Assembly (NCBI GenBank): GCA_030141605.1
Contig: JAQGDQ010001583.1
Coordinates: 1-33,885, forward strand
DNA: 33,885 nt
Direction: 5' to 3'
Source of the DNA: Tubiluchus corallicola
Lineage: Eukaryota; Animalia; Priapulida
Part shown: piece by piece, positions 1-13,900 of the stretch
Layout: every line of letters starts with the position of its first letter
How positions within the stretch are numbered: the first letter of the stretch is position 1
The notes under the pieces: model-generated
Databases searched by the model: none
Told to the model about the DNA's origin: nothing
The model's input: only the letters and a program-made list of their open reading frames with translations
Program-made: the position numbers and the translations under genes

Positions 1-292
1 ACTCTTTATACTACAAAGTCATGCAACTCTTTCTAACACAAAATCATCCAACTCTTTATAACACAAAATCATCCAACTCTTTATACCACGAAGTCATCCA
101 GTTCTTTACACCACAAAGCCATTCAGCTCTTTATACCACAAAGTCATCCAACTCTTTATACCACAAAGTCATTCAACTCTTTACACCACAAGGTCATTCA
201 ACTCTTTATACCACAAGGTCATTCAACTCTTTATACCACAAAGTCATCCAACTCTTTATACCACAAAGTCATCCAACTTTTTGCACCACAAA
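1..292. repeat. 25-bp tandem repeat, ~11.7 copies, consensus ACTCTTTATACCACAAAGTCATCCA
   Basis: Units start every 25 nt from base 1, each with a few substitutions. Confidence 0.95.
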
Positions 293-1204
293 TACTACCC
301 TTCATGTTTCTTAAAAGATTCTTACTTGATGTAAAGTAAGTCATTCTCCTTTATTCCTAATGACTCAAACCAAAAAACGAATCATTAATGAGATGACGCC
401 AAATCAAGATGCTGTAATTGACATATGATACTGAGCATCTTCATATGTACATTAAAACATCATTCGTGTTTCCTTAATAGCACAGGCTAAAGCATAGCCA
501 ACATATACATTTGTGTTCTTTCAAATTGCTGTGCTGGAAAGCAGGAATTTAGCACAAGTTATCCCATTCATATAGAAGTCTCTTTCAATACATCAATATT
601 GGAGACTATGTACTTGATAGACATGTATTACAAATTAGAAGAGAACTTCATAGAAGACAAATGCTGCCCAGCAACACATAATGCACATCATCATAATGCG
701 CAGCTACCAAATGAATAGAATTGCTTATGTATTTTTGCACATCTAGAGGGGCGTACAAATACTTGCAAAGTAGTTGAGGAATAAATTACGCGAGAGGATT
801 TTACCAGGCACGCAGGGTGGAAGTTTTTAACTGGGCCACATTGGCTTTTGCACATTTGACAATAACTTATTGTGGTGTGTTAGTAAATAAACAAACAGTT
901 GTTCATTATTAAGTACTAATATTAAACATTAGTTTTATTCCTACACACGCACACTCACTTGCACACCCATATAGATAAGCTTTAGAAACCAGTTTTTACA
1001 AAAGACACAATACTAATCCATAATATGCAATCATTTAATAAGAATGCAGAACAATCAACTAAACATACATTTCATCGAAGATCTACAAGTGATTTTGCAT
1101 GGGAACATACCATACAGTGTAGTATTATGGAATTCACCTGGCTTCAGATGCTGATTGGCGGATTAGCCTTACTTACTGTGAAGCACACCCCAATCCCACA
1201 GCTG

Positions 1205-1360
1205 TTAAACTTTTCTACAATGTTTTTGCATGGGCGTAGCAGCGAACTAAACAGACCTGACTCCGCCTAGTGCTGAGCTTGAGCGGCAGTCTACCGCCTT
1301 CCATTCCTTGTATGAAAAACATAGGCGGCAAGGTGCTGCCTTCCGTAGTAAAAAGGTTAA
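1205..1360. mobile_element. Possible short TTAA-flanked (piggyBac-like) MITE; mirror at 32526-32681
   Basis: GC-rich island bounded by ttaa-acttttctac ... gtagtaaaaagg-ttaa (imperfect inverted ends). Confidence 0.35.
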
Positions 1361-1891
1361 TATGTCTATTTCATGCTACTAAACATGTACAGTAATATTT
1401 TGTTGCCACGTAACAAGTATCAAATGATCTTCTTTCACAAGTCCTTGCAGAAAAATACCCAGAAAGATAGGTCTTATCAAATGCCCACATTACCAATACT
1501 GCAGTAGCGCAATAACGTGTGCATCAAAAGTGATTGCTGTCTATAATGCAGTAAGATATAATTAATTCCAGACATGTGGTAAATGCGTGTTTAGACAATA
1601 CAGGTTAATAACGATCACAAAAGTTTTTTTATGCAATTCGGCATTCTGCAGACTGGGACACAGCATTCAATGGCAGAATAAAGACAGATAAGAAATGAAG
1701 TGGCTAAGAAGATATAGACACATTTGAATGTGTACAGTTGTACACTCAACGAAAAGCTACCTTTTAGCTTTATAAATTTTACGCACTGTGACTTTAGCCT
1801 TATTACAATGAGTAAAAAGTACTAAAATTCTAAAAAAAATATAAGAGTTAAAGTTCATCTTTTCATTAATGATAACAGAAGAATACTTCAC

Positions 1892-1951
1892 CTGTAAATT
1901 GCAAATGCCAATACCTTGTGATCGTACAGCAACAGAATAAGAAATTGGAAA
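1892..1951 (-). CDS. TEP exon (CUB), left: [20 protein letters not shown]
   Basis: tttttcag|TTT ... CAG|gtgaag, 60 nt. Fits the family v.v.a.G.G....Q pattern. Confidence 0.8.
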
Positions 1952-4900
1952 CTGAAAAAAGATAGCATTAATGTTGATGAAATAAAAAATGAAGAAACTT
2001 GCACATTTTTAAAAAATGTCACACACGCTGCAATAAACTTAAAAACGGCTTTTACTGAATTATTTCATGGCACATCATGATTACTTTGATTAAAAACGGA
2101 AATATAAACATTGATAACTCATTTTAGCCTGCTGCTCAAAAATATCATATCAACCATTCATATTAACTGAAACTGATACAAAATTTAAATGTGTAACCGT
2201 GCGTTCTTGTAGTGGACTTTCAACGTCAAATTTGTTATCTCACATCAGATAACGAATTGCACAAAATATTCTACTGTCACAATGGCAATAAATATGATTT
2301 AAATAATCTAGTACTGTATGCGCTGCTTAATAGATTCATGGTTAATAGACTCAATAGCTTGACTCAAAAACGCCTGGTACGGGCCACTCCTATTCAAATG
2401 TACATAAAAACTGTCGGTAATTGACTCAAATAACTCCGCATAATTGACTCAATATTTTTCCTTTACGTACTTCAAATAAAAGATTTGTATGTGCTGAAAA
2501 AGCTTTTCCTACTTTTATGTCATCTTTACATTGCTTTTGTGCACTATAATATATGTAGAAATAATCATGTTAGATACCGTTTTATTGAGGTATGTTTATC
2601 ATGCGCTAATACGCTAGCGTAGCGGTACTGCTTTGAATCTGTTACCCGCTCGTCCACTGCAATTAACTTCGTTGCCCAAGAATTTCTGAAAGCTAAACAT
2701 TTAATCACTTGTCTAAAGTGATACCAGCAATACTACACCTATCAGTTAATAGATTCAGTCGGTTAATTGGGTCAAAACACTGCGGTTCGAAAGTGAGTCT
2801 ATTAAGCGGCACCTACAGTACCAGTTTAAATGCATCAAATCTCTTGCAAGCAGCATTGGCAAGTGTGAACTTAAATAGGATTCCGGCTTGCAAAAATTCA
2901 TGCTGGCCACATACTGGTGCAGCTAGTGTGCTCAATGATAATTACAAAAACTAATTTCTACACAAGAACTTAAATTTGAAACACTTTGCTCAAACTAACG
3001 ATCAAAGTAAAGTTGTCAGCATTGAAAAGGTCTCAATAAATTGCTAACAAAAATGCAATTTTTAAACAAACTGAGTTAAAATGATTGTTAAAAGGACAAA
3101 ATAATATAATTTCTGATATTGTAATTTTTAATTTGCCACAATACATGACCACTACATTGATAAAAGCAACATACCCCAGCTGTTTGGTAAGCAAACATGT
3201 TAGACTTATTGACATTAAACTCGTACGCCACATGCTGAGCTTTAGCCATACATTTAAATGACACATCTTTGATTTGAGATCTTTTCTCAGAGAATTCGAA
3301 CAAAGCTTGCAGGCCAATCACTGTGTCCTAATTAAAAGAGATTTATTTAATCACACAGATTATTAATAAGAATACCATTAATATTGGTAGAAAGAAAGCA
3401 CGAGAGAGAGAGAGAGAGAGAGGGGGGAGAAGGAGAGAGGGAGGAAAATATTCAAAATTATTTTCAATACATCTTAAACTTGTCAGAACAGCTACAAAAA
3501 GTGCACCTGAGTGGAGGTAAAACCACCTAATGGGTTTTGACGCTTCTTCAACCACTGCATGATGGGAACTCCGGCTTCCAGCTCGCCTCGCTTTGTCAAT
3601 GTCAATAAAGCATATGAAGTCATTTCAGTTTCAACTGGATAACAAGACTCACGTGAGGAATGCAAGTGTTCGTCATTCATGCTCCAATGCTTCATACCAT
3701 CTGTATTGGTCAGATGAAGAAGTCCATTAACACAGATTCAAGGTACGACAGAGAAACATTATGTTACATTATTAATGTATTTCCGTCCAAATTCCATGAT
3801 TAAGCAATAATGAGCATCAGATTTGATCATGTTTATTTCCATTTGATGCTAACTGAAGCATTTAAAAAGCTTGTAGCATTCCGTCAGAAAATCAATAATT
3901 ACTAATAATAAATATTTATTTAATGCAAAGCATTGAAATGAAACATACCTTCTTCGTCAGCGAGTTTGTTCAGTAACTCTAAAGCTTTGTCGGCTTTTCC
4001 ACTTTCAGCTAAAGTCAAGGCATACGTAGTAACTGCCAGTGAATATGAATCGTTTGCAAAGCTGTTCAGATTGGATTCTAGGTATTCTTGAGCTTTCGAA
4101 ATCGAAGTCAAGACCGAATCTTTTATACCCTGAACAATGTAAAATCCACACAATTATCTTTTCAATTGTTAATTAATTACCTGCTTTTAAAATAAATTCA
4201 TTAACTAATGGAAGATGCTTCTCAGTAAACCTCATCCTGGTTCTTAAACACCATAGACAATCTGTTCTACTGCTCCTTGTAGTCTCACCCTGGACATTCC
4301 TGGCTGTAAAAAAGCTGCTTATGAATTTAATAATCTCTTCTGTCATCCTATTAATCAACATAAGTAAACATACTGCCCAGTACCAAATACATTTATTGCT
4401 GATAATTTCTGTAAATTCCACACCACACAGTCATATGTTCGTGATTTTGGAAAACAATATTGTACTTAATTTTTGTTATTATGTATTGTTTTGTTACACA
4501 GGGCCGGATTAACACCTTGAGAGGCCCTAAGCACTGAAAAGACTACGTTACCCTCATAATGGTACCTCATATATGAGCAATTCAGAATGAAAACAATATT
4601 AAACTGTAAAACAAAATTTTATCTTTAAAAATAAAAAAATTGAAGATTTTTTTACAGCAAATGTCAGGGCATCAACTTTACATTGTGTAAAAAAGTGATA
4701 TTAAGTTAAAAATACACGGAGGACTCTATCATATTTTCTGTATCACCACAATTTTATAAGCATTACCAAACTTGAAACATATTATGACACATTATATAAA
4801 CAATCAACGTCATCATATGGGCAGTGAGCAGCTCACGCTACTCAGTAACTAGAATCTCAATACCCATCCGTGCCTTCACATTGTAAAAAAACACAGAAAC

Positions 4901-7900
4901 CACCACACATATTCAAGTATAATTTAATTTTGGGTAATTATTCGATTTAGGTTCCACTGAGGCCTTAAGCGTATGGTTATTTTGTTTAATGGTTAATCCG
5001 TGCTGGTTTTGTAGTACTTTGCCTAAACACAATAGTCAAGCAACTCTTACAGATTCTCATCATCATTTACTATCTGATTATCAGACATCTTTTTTGTTAG
5101 GTACTACAGCCGACATCACTGAGAAACGTTGACAAAGATAGTAATAAGACAGATTGCTAATTTCTCTGCGTAAAAATGCTGACATAACACTAGTTTTCCT
5201 ATACAATCACAGTGGAAATGTGACAACAGAAAAGAAATTATTTCACTACAAAAGCAACAATAAAGATACATATCTATTAACATCTTTATCGCTGGTTTTG
5301 CAATGAAATAATTTGTACCTGATTTGAGATGTTCTCTTTGTTCTCTAATAGCGAAATCAGTACATATGCCGTCAGTGATGTCGATCCACTGTCTGCTGCA
5401 ACCTGCTTAGTAAACCAAACTTAAGGTACATGTATAACAATGAAGAAGAAGAATGATCCTATGAAATCATGGCGCACAAGGAGGACAAGTAGCTAGCCCG
5501 TCGCTCAGCTGCTCTGCTTCGGCCAGTACATGACTGGAAACTCAATTAAGGCTGAATAGGCTTAACTAGAATGCCGTGCTTGAGTGGTCATGGCATAGCC
5601 AGTGACGTAACCACTTTGTCACTACACTTTCACCCAAAAGCACTTCACTAACATAATTCATTTCTTAAATATTAGATTCGTGGTTAGACTTTAAAAAGTG
5701 TTTATAATAGGATTTACATTTTTAAATGCAAAACAGAAAAAAGCAAACCTACATTGTTCATGTCTTTCATCCATTTTCCTACAAATGCTTAGAAAATATT
5801 TAAAAAACATAATCCACACAAGCAGGCTAGTTGTGCAAAGCTGCTTAACAAAAAGTGTAGATCGTAAACACCAATAAGGAAGACATTCAAGATGATAGTT
5901 TTTGCGACGTGAGTTTATTTCATACTAACCAAATCACAGTTAATTTTAAGATAATTTAGCTAGTATTGCTTAATTACATACTATACATTCCTACATACTA
6001 CAAATTCCTAATGATAAAAATTCAGACAGCTAATGTCAGCATAAATGAAAAGACAGCCAACATAAAGTAAAAACGGTCAATAAACAAAGAATTTCCTAAC
6101 AGCAGTTTCTAATAGCAAACTGGTCGCAAGAGGGACAGAAGAAGTGGCTCTGATTTCGGTCTTTCAACGTGTCAGCGTAACTCTCAGCAACGATAACTCA
6201 GACTTATACCCATTTCTTATTCATTGGAGAGAAGGAGTCGTCTTTGTTCGAAGGACCCCTATAAAGATGTTAAGGTCTGCTTATCAGAGAAATGCATCCA
6301 GAGGAACAGGAGGTATTGACATTCCTCACTTCAATACTTAAATGAAGATGCATAGTGTGCACAATGAAAAGTGAAATTTTAAACTGCCACTGACAAGTGA
6401 AACGTGACATGAAACAGCGTGAATCTTACAACCAAGCAGTGTTAAACCACAACGACTCCCTACCTGCATTGGTTTATATAGTACTTGACCGGGTTCCGGA
6501 AACTGACCGTCGTCCCTTTGCCATTTTACGATCCATCCTAGTGCTTTTTCAATTACGAATTGATCGATATAAATGTAGCTTCGAGCCTGATTAAACGACT
6601 TGGCAACAAATGCTGTCAACCTAAATAAGACAGTAGAAAAAACATTGACTATGACATACAAAAACTTGGCAAAGTTTAAGTTCACATTTTCAAATTTTAT
6701 GGCTGTTGTTAATTGGGTACAGTACCTGATTTTTGTGCAGTGCATCTGCAAGAAACAAGCACTGTGACCATTAAGTACGAAAGACTGAAAGTTTGCAACA
6801 AAATTAGACATGTGCAGTAATAAGTCTTTCAAGCAAGTCATTCTTCACTTTGACACTGTTTACAGTTTCCTTTTACAGAAATTTGGTAAGTTCTTACAAT
6901 ACTAAATAAAGCCTGAAGTCTCTCCAAACCTTCCGAATAGAGAAAATATAATTACAGCATCATAGAAAATTTTTGCTGCACTTCGTGTTTTTAATGATTT
7001 TTTTGTAAATAGTGAAGAAAATCATGGTTAGTTTAGTTAGCACCTTCTGCCCGATGCCTATATGTCTCATATTTCTTCATCTTTCACATAAGAGATGATG
7101 TCACTCTTGAATGCAAGAGATTCTTGTTGGGCAGTTTTTACGTATACATTCACATGCAGAAGCTTTGCACCTGTCCAAAGGTTGGCATCGTTTTAGAACT
7201 TTGGGAAACCTTGTCAAAAGTTTTCGTACTTTTGTTTTACCTGGGGTAGCCATAAGGCTTAAAATCAGCCAAGTGTAAACGTTCTTGAACAAATCAAAAC
7301 ACTGTGTGCCTTGCAATGGTTTCTCCTTGTGGAATGTTTTTTAGTTACGATAAAAGAGCTTGAAATTATTTAAAAAATGAACAAGATTTGCACTCGGTTT
7401 AAGCTCACTTATTAATCTCTCTGTCCAATTATGTAAATCTTGAAACAAATTCTGCAAAAACTTGTTATAAAGTAACAAAGAACAATTACCACATGCTGCC
7501 ATGATCGTCTTTCTCTCCAAATGCGCTGAATGATCCATCTGTTCTTTGGTAAGCTAATTCTTGTTGATAGCCTAAAACAATACCAGTGTGTAATTGAGTG
7601 TTTGTAATAGGCATAGAATTAGTCTCACAATATTTCTTCTAAAACGATTTAACTTTTGTAATGTCAGTTTACAGAAAAAGTTAATGCAAAAACCAAAAGC
7701 TTTATTATCTGTAAGCCAGTTTTTTGACAAGCCAATGCCCGCATATTAACGATTGTTGTCCTTTCCACTTTATGTGCATAAAGAATCGATCGTTCAGTCA
7801 ACAGGAAGGTTTTCAATTGTTACGAAAGCTATCGAATCATCGCAATCGAATTATGCAACGTTTCTTTTTGTTTTTCCTCCTTTTTAGCATTCCATTCACA

Positions 7901-10900
7901 AAATATTTACAGACAACTTACAACTGAAGATTAACCACTAAGAAGGTTAGAGGATATGTCCCCATTTACTACACGTAGAGAAGGTTAAAGGATATTTCCC
8001 CATTACTGGCACTGCAGGGGCATCTATTAGTCATTATGTTAAGTTATACTTATACTTCTTAGTGCTTTATAGTTAAGACTATTATGGTTAATTATGCCAC
8101 TTTGTACTAATTTACATGTACATAACATACAATATCTTACTTTGCACCCATGCCCTTGATTTGCAAATTTGATCTTGCACTTTACGAACTGTAAAATATC
8201 TGCCTTTTTGCACACTAGTCTGTATTTCTATAAAATTATATGTCGACATTAATGTAATTTACCTCTTTCCATGGAACGCAAGGCCCTATCTTTAATGTCT
8301 GATGTTAACTGCTCCATCGCCAATAGATAGTTAATGATGAAGATACTAGATGCAAAACTCATCATGTTCTGTTCTCCGCATCCATATGGCAGATTCAAAA
8401 GATTTTCCATATTGTGGATTGTCGATCCCATCATGTCACCTATGAAGAATTTTCACATGGCAATGTAAAAAGTGCAATGCTGTTTTACTACGCATCACAT
8501 AGCCACAACCACTGGGTACTCTGTATAGGCACCATTTTCAAGGAAATGCCAGCGAAAGTTTCTGACAAGCTTACGACCCCGAACTGCCTTTTTATCTGAC
8601 AGCAAAATTACTGGTCATCATTCAGTAGCCAATGATTGCAATTGTTAAATTTAAAGATGGCTAAAACAAATCAGTTAAACATACACTTACTTTAAATAAA
8701 CTTATATCACACACATCTAGGCAACTAAAGTGCAACAGTTTTTTTTTCTTATTAAAGTAACTTGAGAGTAATACTGTGTTTTACTCCCACGGTTCCCACA
8801 GAATTTTAAAATAAATTTCACTGACTTTTCCATGACTTTTCCCTGACCAAACATTGATTTTCCGTGACCAAGATAAGCAGAAATTATATTACCAGTATAC
8901 ATACTCAAACATTTTTGTGTAAGTACATTCATACACATACTGATATATAATGTGTCGGCGCATCATTATTTTTCGAACAGAAATCGAAACTGGGAGCCTC
9001 TCATAGCAAAATTTTATTTGAACACGAATCGCTGAAAATATGTTTCGAAAAATATCGGTTCACGGTGATTGTTTTTGCAACCCTTTTGCCCCATTTTCAT
9101 CAATTTCCCTGACTTTTTACCAAATTATCTTTTTCCCTGACTTTCCCATGACTTTCCAGGATAGCCTGTATTTTCAAGGATTTTCCAGGATTTTCCCTGA
9201 ATGTGGGAACCTGTTTACCTATATAATAAATCTATTCACTACAATGAAGGCATTTAGACCAACACTGTCATTCATCAGTGTGAATAAATTATGTCGACTG
9301 CTATGATATTTTTTACATACCATCAGCCCAAAAAGACAGAAAGAATTACCACCACCACAATCATCATCATCAGCATTGTTGTCAACTTCATCGTCATTCT
9401 CATTATCATCATTACCAACATCACCACCATCATATTTCTTCAAAATCAAATGGCAAGATGCAGCTGACAAAAAACTATATGGTCCCAATGAAGATAGAAA
9501 AAGATGAGGAGATGATATACACAGAAATTATGGAAAACTGTAATGGTGAAGTTATGAAAGAAACACAGTCACAAAATCCATACCTGTGACCGACACTGCC
9601 AACTGACGCGATCTCTGCGAAAAATCATTAGGCCATTTTACCTCCACATTACGGTTTGCCTCCACATCCGTTGTCGACTCAATCATGAGATTTTCTGAAC
9701 CGAATCGCTGCACGCCTTCTGCCTGGAACAAGACAATGTCGGGATCACTGCCTATCATTGTGAACATTTACAAATTCACTCGCCAAAATTTAACTTAACT
9801 TTTGGTTCCTTAACTGAGAAATATAATAATTTTTGACATCTCGGCATAGATGAGTATGTTTTGAAAATATCCATCTATGACAAGTTTAATAAGACTTTTT
9901 TGAAAACTATCATGTAGAGCGGTTTTCAAAGTAAGATTTATTCACTAATATAACTAGTTATCTAATGTAATGAGTGTAATAACTAAAGTGTACGTGACAT
10001 TATTACTTTTCAATAAGCTCATTTTCACAGAATTACAAACATTGTAAATTTCAAGTCACAAGCAAATTAAACTGGCAAAAAGTTAAGGATTTCCTTTATA
10101 TTAAAAACATAATTCTCTTATGAAAATCTAAAACAAAACAGCTGTGAACCGGAAGTTTTTGCAGTTGAATAATGACTCTCACTGATACTATATTCTCTGA
10201 TCACACAAGACCTTGGTAAAAAATGAAGAAAATAAAAGTTACTCTAGTAGCAACTTTGTGAGTAAAAATTTATGAAATGTGAACATAAACAATCTCCAAT
10301 GCATTTCTGATACTATCTCAGTTCAAAACAAATATAATATAATCTTGATTGTCAATTGAAAGCATGTAATTCTTTATACATTAACCATCATGTTCATTGT
10401 CCATTATCAGGAAAAATCCAACTCTTCTGATGCACTGAAACACGAGGCATAGCTTTGCAGTACAACAGTGATACGGACTTTTATTGCACGGTTCTTTAAG
10501 CAGTCTAAGAATATTTCTAAGCAAAGCTTCATATCGTCAACGATTGCCATATATTTCTATTGGCTAAGCATCCCTGGGGGGGGGGGGGGTATAATAGCAG
10601 TCCATGTGCTTTACTACTGAATGAAAATGTTTGTCTATTGTAAGCATCTAGGCAACTGTACAAGTTTAATCAAGTGATATTTTTACTTAATTTATGTATT
10701 TACAGAGCATGAAGTATGAATCTAATATTGGACAAAAATAGGCTGCCTCTCTTCATAATGAATAGGCTTTATACCACATATGTAATCCAAGCACCACAAT
10801 GTAGAACATGGGACAGTATATGATACAAAAATCTGTATACCGCTATGTTATCCTACAAATGATAACGTGCCTTAACGAAAAGAAGTGTTTCCGCCTCGTC

Positions 10901-13900
10901 TACAGTACCGTGCATTTGGGCAAGAACTTTGATACGTTTAATACCGACATAACCAGGAACTATGGGAAAAATGAATGTTTCACTCTGCCCAGCCTTGACC
11001 TAGAATGCAAAATTAAAGATCAGGAAATTTTAATTAAATTATAGTTGGAGGATGAGCGAAAAAAATTGTTGCTATTAATTCAAAAGCAAATTACAAAAAA
11101 TGAAATGTTGAATATTCTTTACATTTATTTTGTACAACCAGTTAAAAACTAATACACTAACCTTCATAGAAACTCACACCACAGAAAAACATTTCTCACC
11201 TGAAGTCAAGTGAATTTGAATTATTAAATTTCATTCGAGTGAGTTTTTTCAATTCAAATTTGATTCAAACTGAAAATTTTTGGATGAGAATAATTTAACA
11301 CCTCAATTACATTCATTCTTTATCATCAAATTGTTTCAAACATCATGCAAGCAACAATCAGCACAGTTTCTTTCTGATTTCTGTGCCCAACTTTTTAACA
11401 ACCTATTATAGTTCTTACCACATAACGAATCAAGCAATACGCTTGTTATGTGACTGTTTATTCGAAAATTATTCCACAAACCTTTAAAACTGAATCTGAA
11501 TTCAATCCAGAATGTTATAATTCAAATTGATTACCGTCTTATTTATGCTTTGGCTCACATTTTGTTTTTCTTCACTTTTCGTTGGCACCAAAAAATGCCT
11601 GCTCTCAATCAACGTCACATTGGCCTCCGCATCTTCTTCCATGTTGTTAAACACAAGAGCTTGCAAATCCAGTTCTTCACCTTGGATCATCGAGTAAGGG
11701 AGGTTCAGTGAGACAAAAAATGGACGAAGTACGGTTAGCTGCAAAGAATAAAATTTGCTGGCAGACAAGTTCTATTAGACCCATTCGAATGTAGATGAAC
11801 AAAAAAAATCATACAGGCATACCATTTTGGAATTTCAACTAAAAAACATTGTTACTAATTGAGAAAGCTCACTCAGCCATTCCTCCATCCTCAAGTCATG
11901 TACAAAATTAATTACATGGTTCTCAGAGACACCATGTTCAAAATATTTTTATTATTGATGACTTGCTCATTTTTTTTCCTTATTCAGCTAACAAACTAGT
12001 GAAAATTGATGGTAAAAGTGCCCAACAGACTGCATAAAAGCATGCATAACACTGAAAAATGTCTGTCCTGTCATGTAATGTCTAACAGGCATGTAAAAAC
12101 ACCCAGAAAAGTTTGTTCAACAAAGACAAATATATTTTTGACAATTTTTTATTTCAATTTAGTTTTAAAGGGAAGGACACATCAATATAATAAAGGTGTT
12201 TCCCAAAAACTGTCTATAAAGCATAAAGTTAGTTTATACTGTCACTGCACAGAAATTTTCAGGCATGTTCACTTGAAAACGATGACGAAACTGACTGACT
12301 TTTGTGGCTTTTTGTACGCAGCAACCAAACTTCTGAAGCTTGTCTAATATTCAGACAGAAATAAACAAATTTTACAAATTACACAAGGCACTCATCACGC
12401 TTCTATTGCAGAATCCTTCTAACATTCTTTGCAAACACTGAATTAAGCGTAACTTTTTAGAAGCCATAGCTTTGTCTCTAAGGATGCAAAGTACGAATAG
12501 AAAAGTACTTATTTTAGTGTAACTAATAAGGCTTGCACATCTATTGTATATTAAATATTACCGTAGTTGCCTGCTCTGTAATGGCAAGGCCATTGTCTTC
12601 ATTTATCGAGAAACCAGTGGCCAGCCAAGATGTGTCTATACCATCCGGAACTACAGCGTTTACCGTGATTCGTCCACTATCTCTACAAAACAAAACATTC
12701 TGGAAAGACTCAAAGACACAAAGATTAAACACCTACATCCCAACATGAATTATTCCTAATTTGCTAATAATTTTGGTAACTTAGCTTGACCATGAGAATG
12801 GCAAAAGTAACAAACAATCAGCCGGTAAAATAAGCAAGGTAACAGCAAACATTTGACCAAACAAAGGAGGCATGCTAACTGTAACTGTAAACTTACTGCA
12901 TATGTATTAAACGACAGGAACAGTATTTCTAGAGTAAATCAACTAACAAAAAATGTGAAAACTTAAAGCGCAAGAAAACCCTCCACTTACATAAAGCTCA
13001 AAAAATTTGTCTTGAAATTTTCTACCACTTATATACTGTCTTTTTGTATGCAGAGCTTGCCTCAGCCACTTCTGAATTTAAACTTCCGCGATGACCGTTA
13101 GACGCAGCCATTTTAATGGTAGATTCTTTGAAACAAGTTCAGATAACATTGCGTGAAGTTTAGAAAAATAATCAGAGCATGCGTAGCATACATATTACTA
13201 ATTCAGTAAAATTTTAAATTACTGTATCTTGTCAATAAGACTAAAAATACGTTTTTGGTTAGTGATTGGCACACTCTAGAGGGTGAGCCAATGACATTTT
13301 ACCAATTGACACCAACATTTTAAATTATTATTTCTAGTTACATAAGTCTTTCCAGCCGGTAAGCGAAACGCTAAGTAATATAGATTTGCATTGAAAGTAT
13401 TTTGGGACAAAATTTAACATTGCTTTTTCTTCCCTGATTTACGTTTGTGTAGGTGATGTCATGTAATGGCGACTTCGGAACAGTATTGCGGGAAATTTTA
13501 AATGAAAACAATCAAAGATTCATTTTAATGCGGGTACAATATATAAAATAAAATTGCTGCAAAGTAGTATAATTTTTAAGGCGATTTTTCTGAAACCTTC
13601 TTCAGGTACCCCCTTTTCTTGTCCTTTAAAATGCAGTTTAACAGCTTTTGATAAATTATATTAATACCATCAACTACACTTTTTCAGATGTAAATAACCA
13701 AGCTTACTTTATGTGCTCAAAATGAAATGGCTTTAAGTCATATCCATTTTCCATCACGCTCAATATCTACATTCATTCTTTGTAGTTATTCTACAAATGT
13801 CTTGATTTGCACAATACAGTACAGGTTCTACATCTTATATCTCAAAGACTAAAGACTAAAACGTTTACAAAAAGAAATTTACCTCTTACAGAAAGAAATA

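Noticed and set aside
1-314. 25-bp array as a CRISPR, or the 97-aa ORF (and mirror 33572-33865) as a gene
   Set aside because: Units are contiguous with no unique spacers, the context is eukaryotic, and the ORF is just translation of the repeat.
7941-8007. Two-copy ~30-bp direct repeat agaaggtta.aggatat.tcccc..tact
   Set aside because: Probably a small local duplication or transposon-end remnant; too little evidence to classify.
9219-9488. Asp/Gly-rich 89-aa ORF
   Set aside because: Translation of an intronic GAT/GGT low-complexity tract. Flanking exons join in phase without it.
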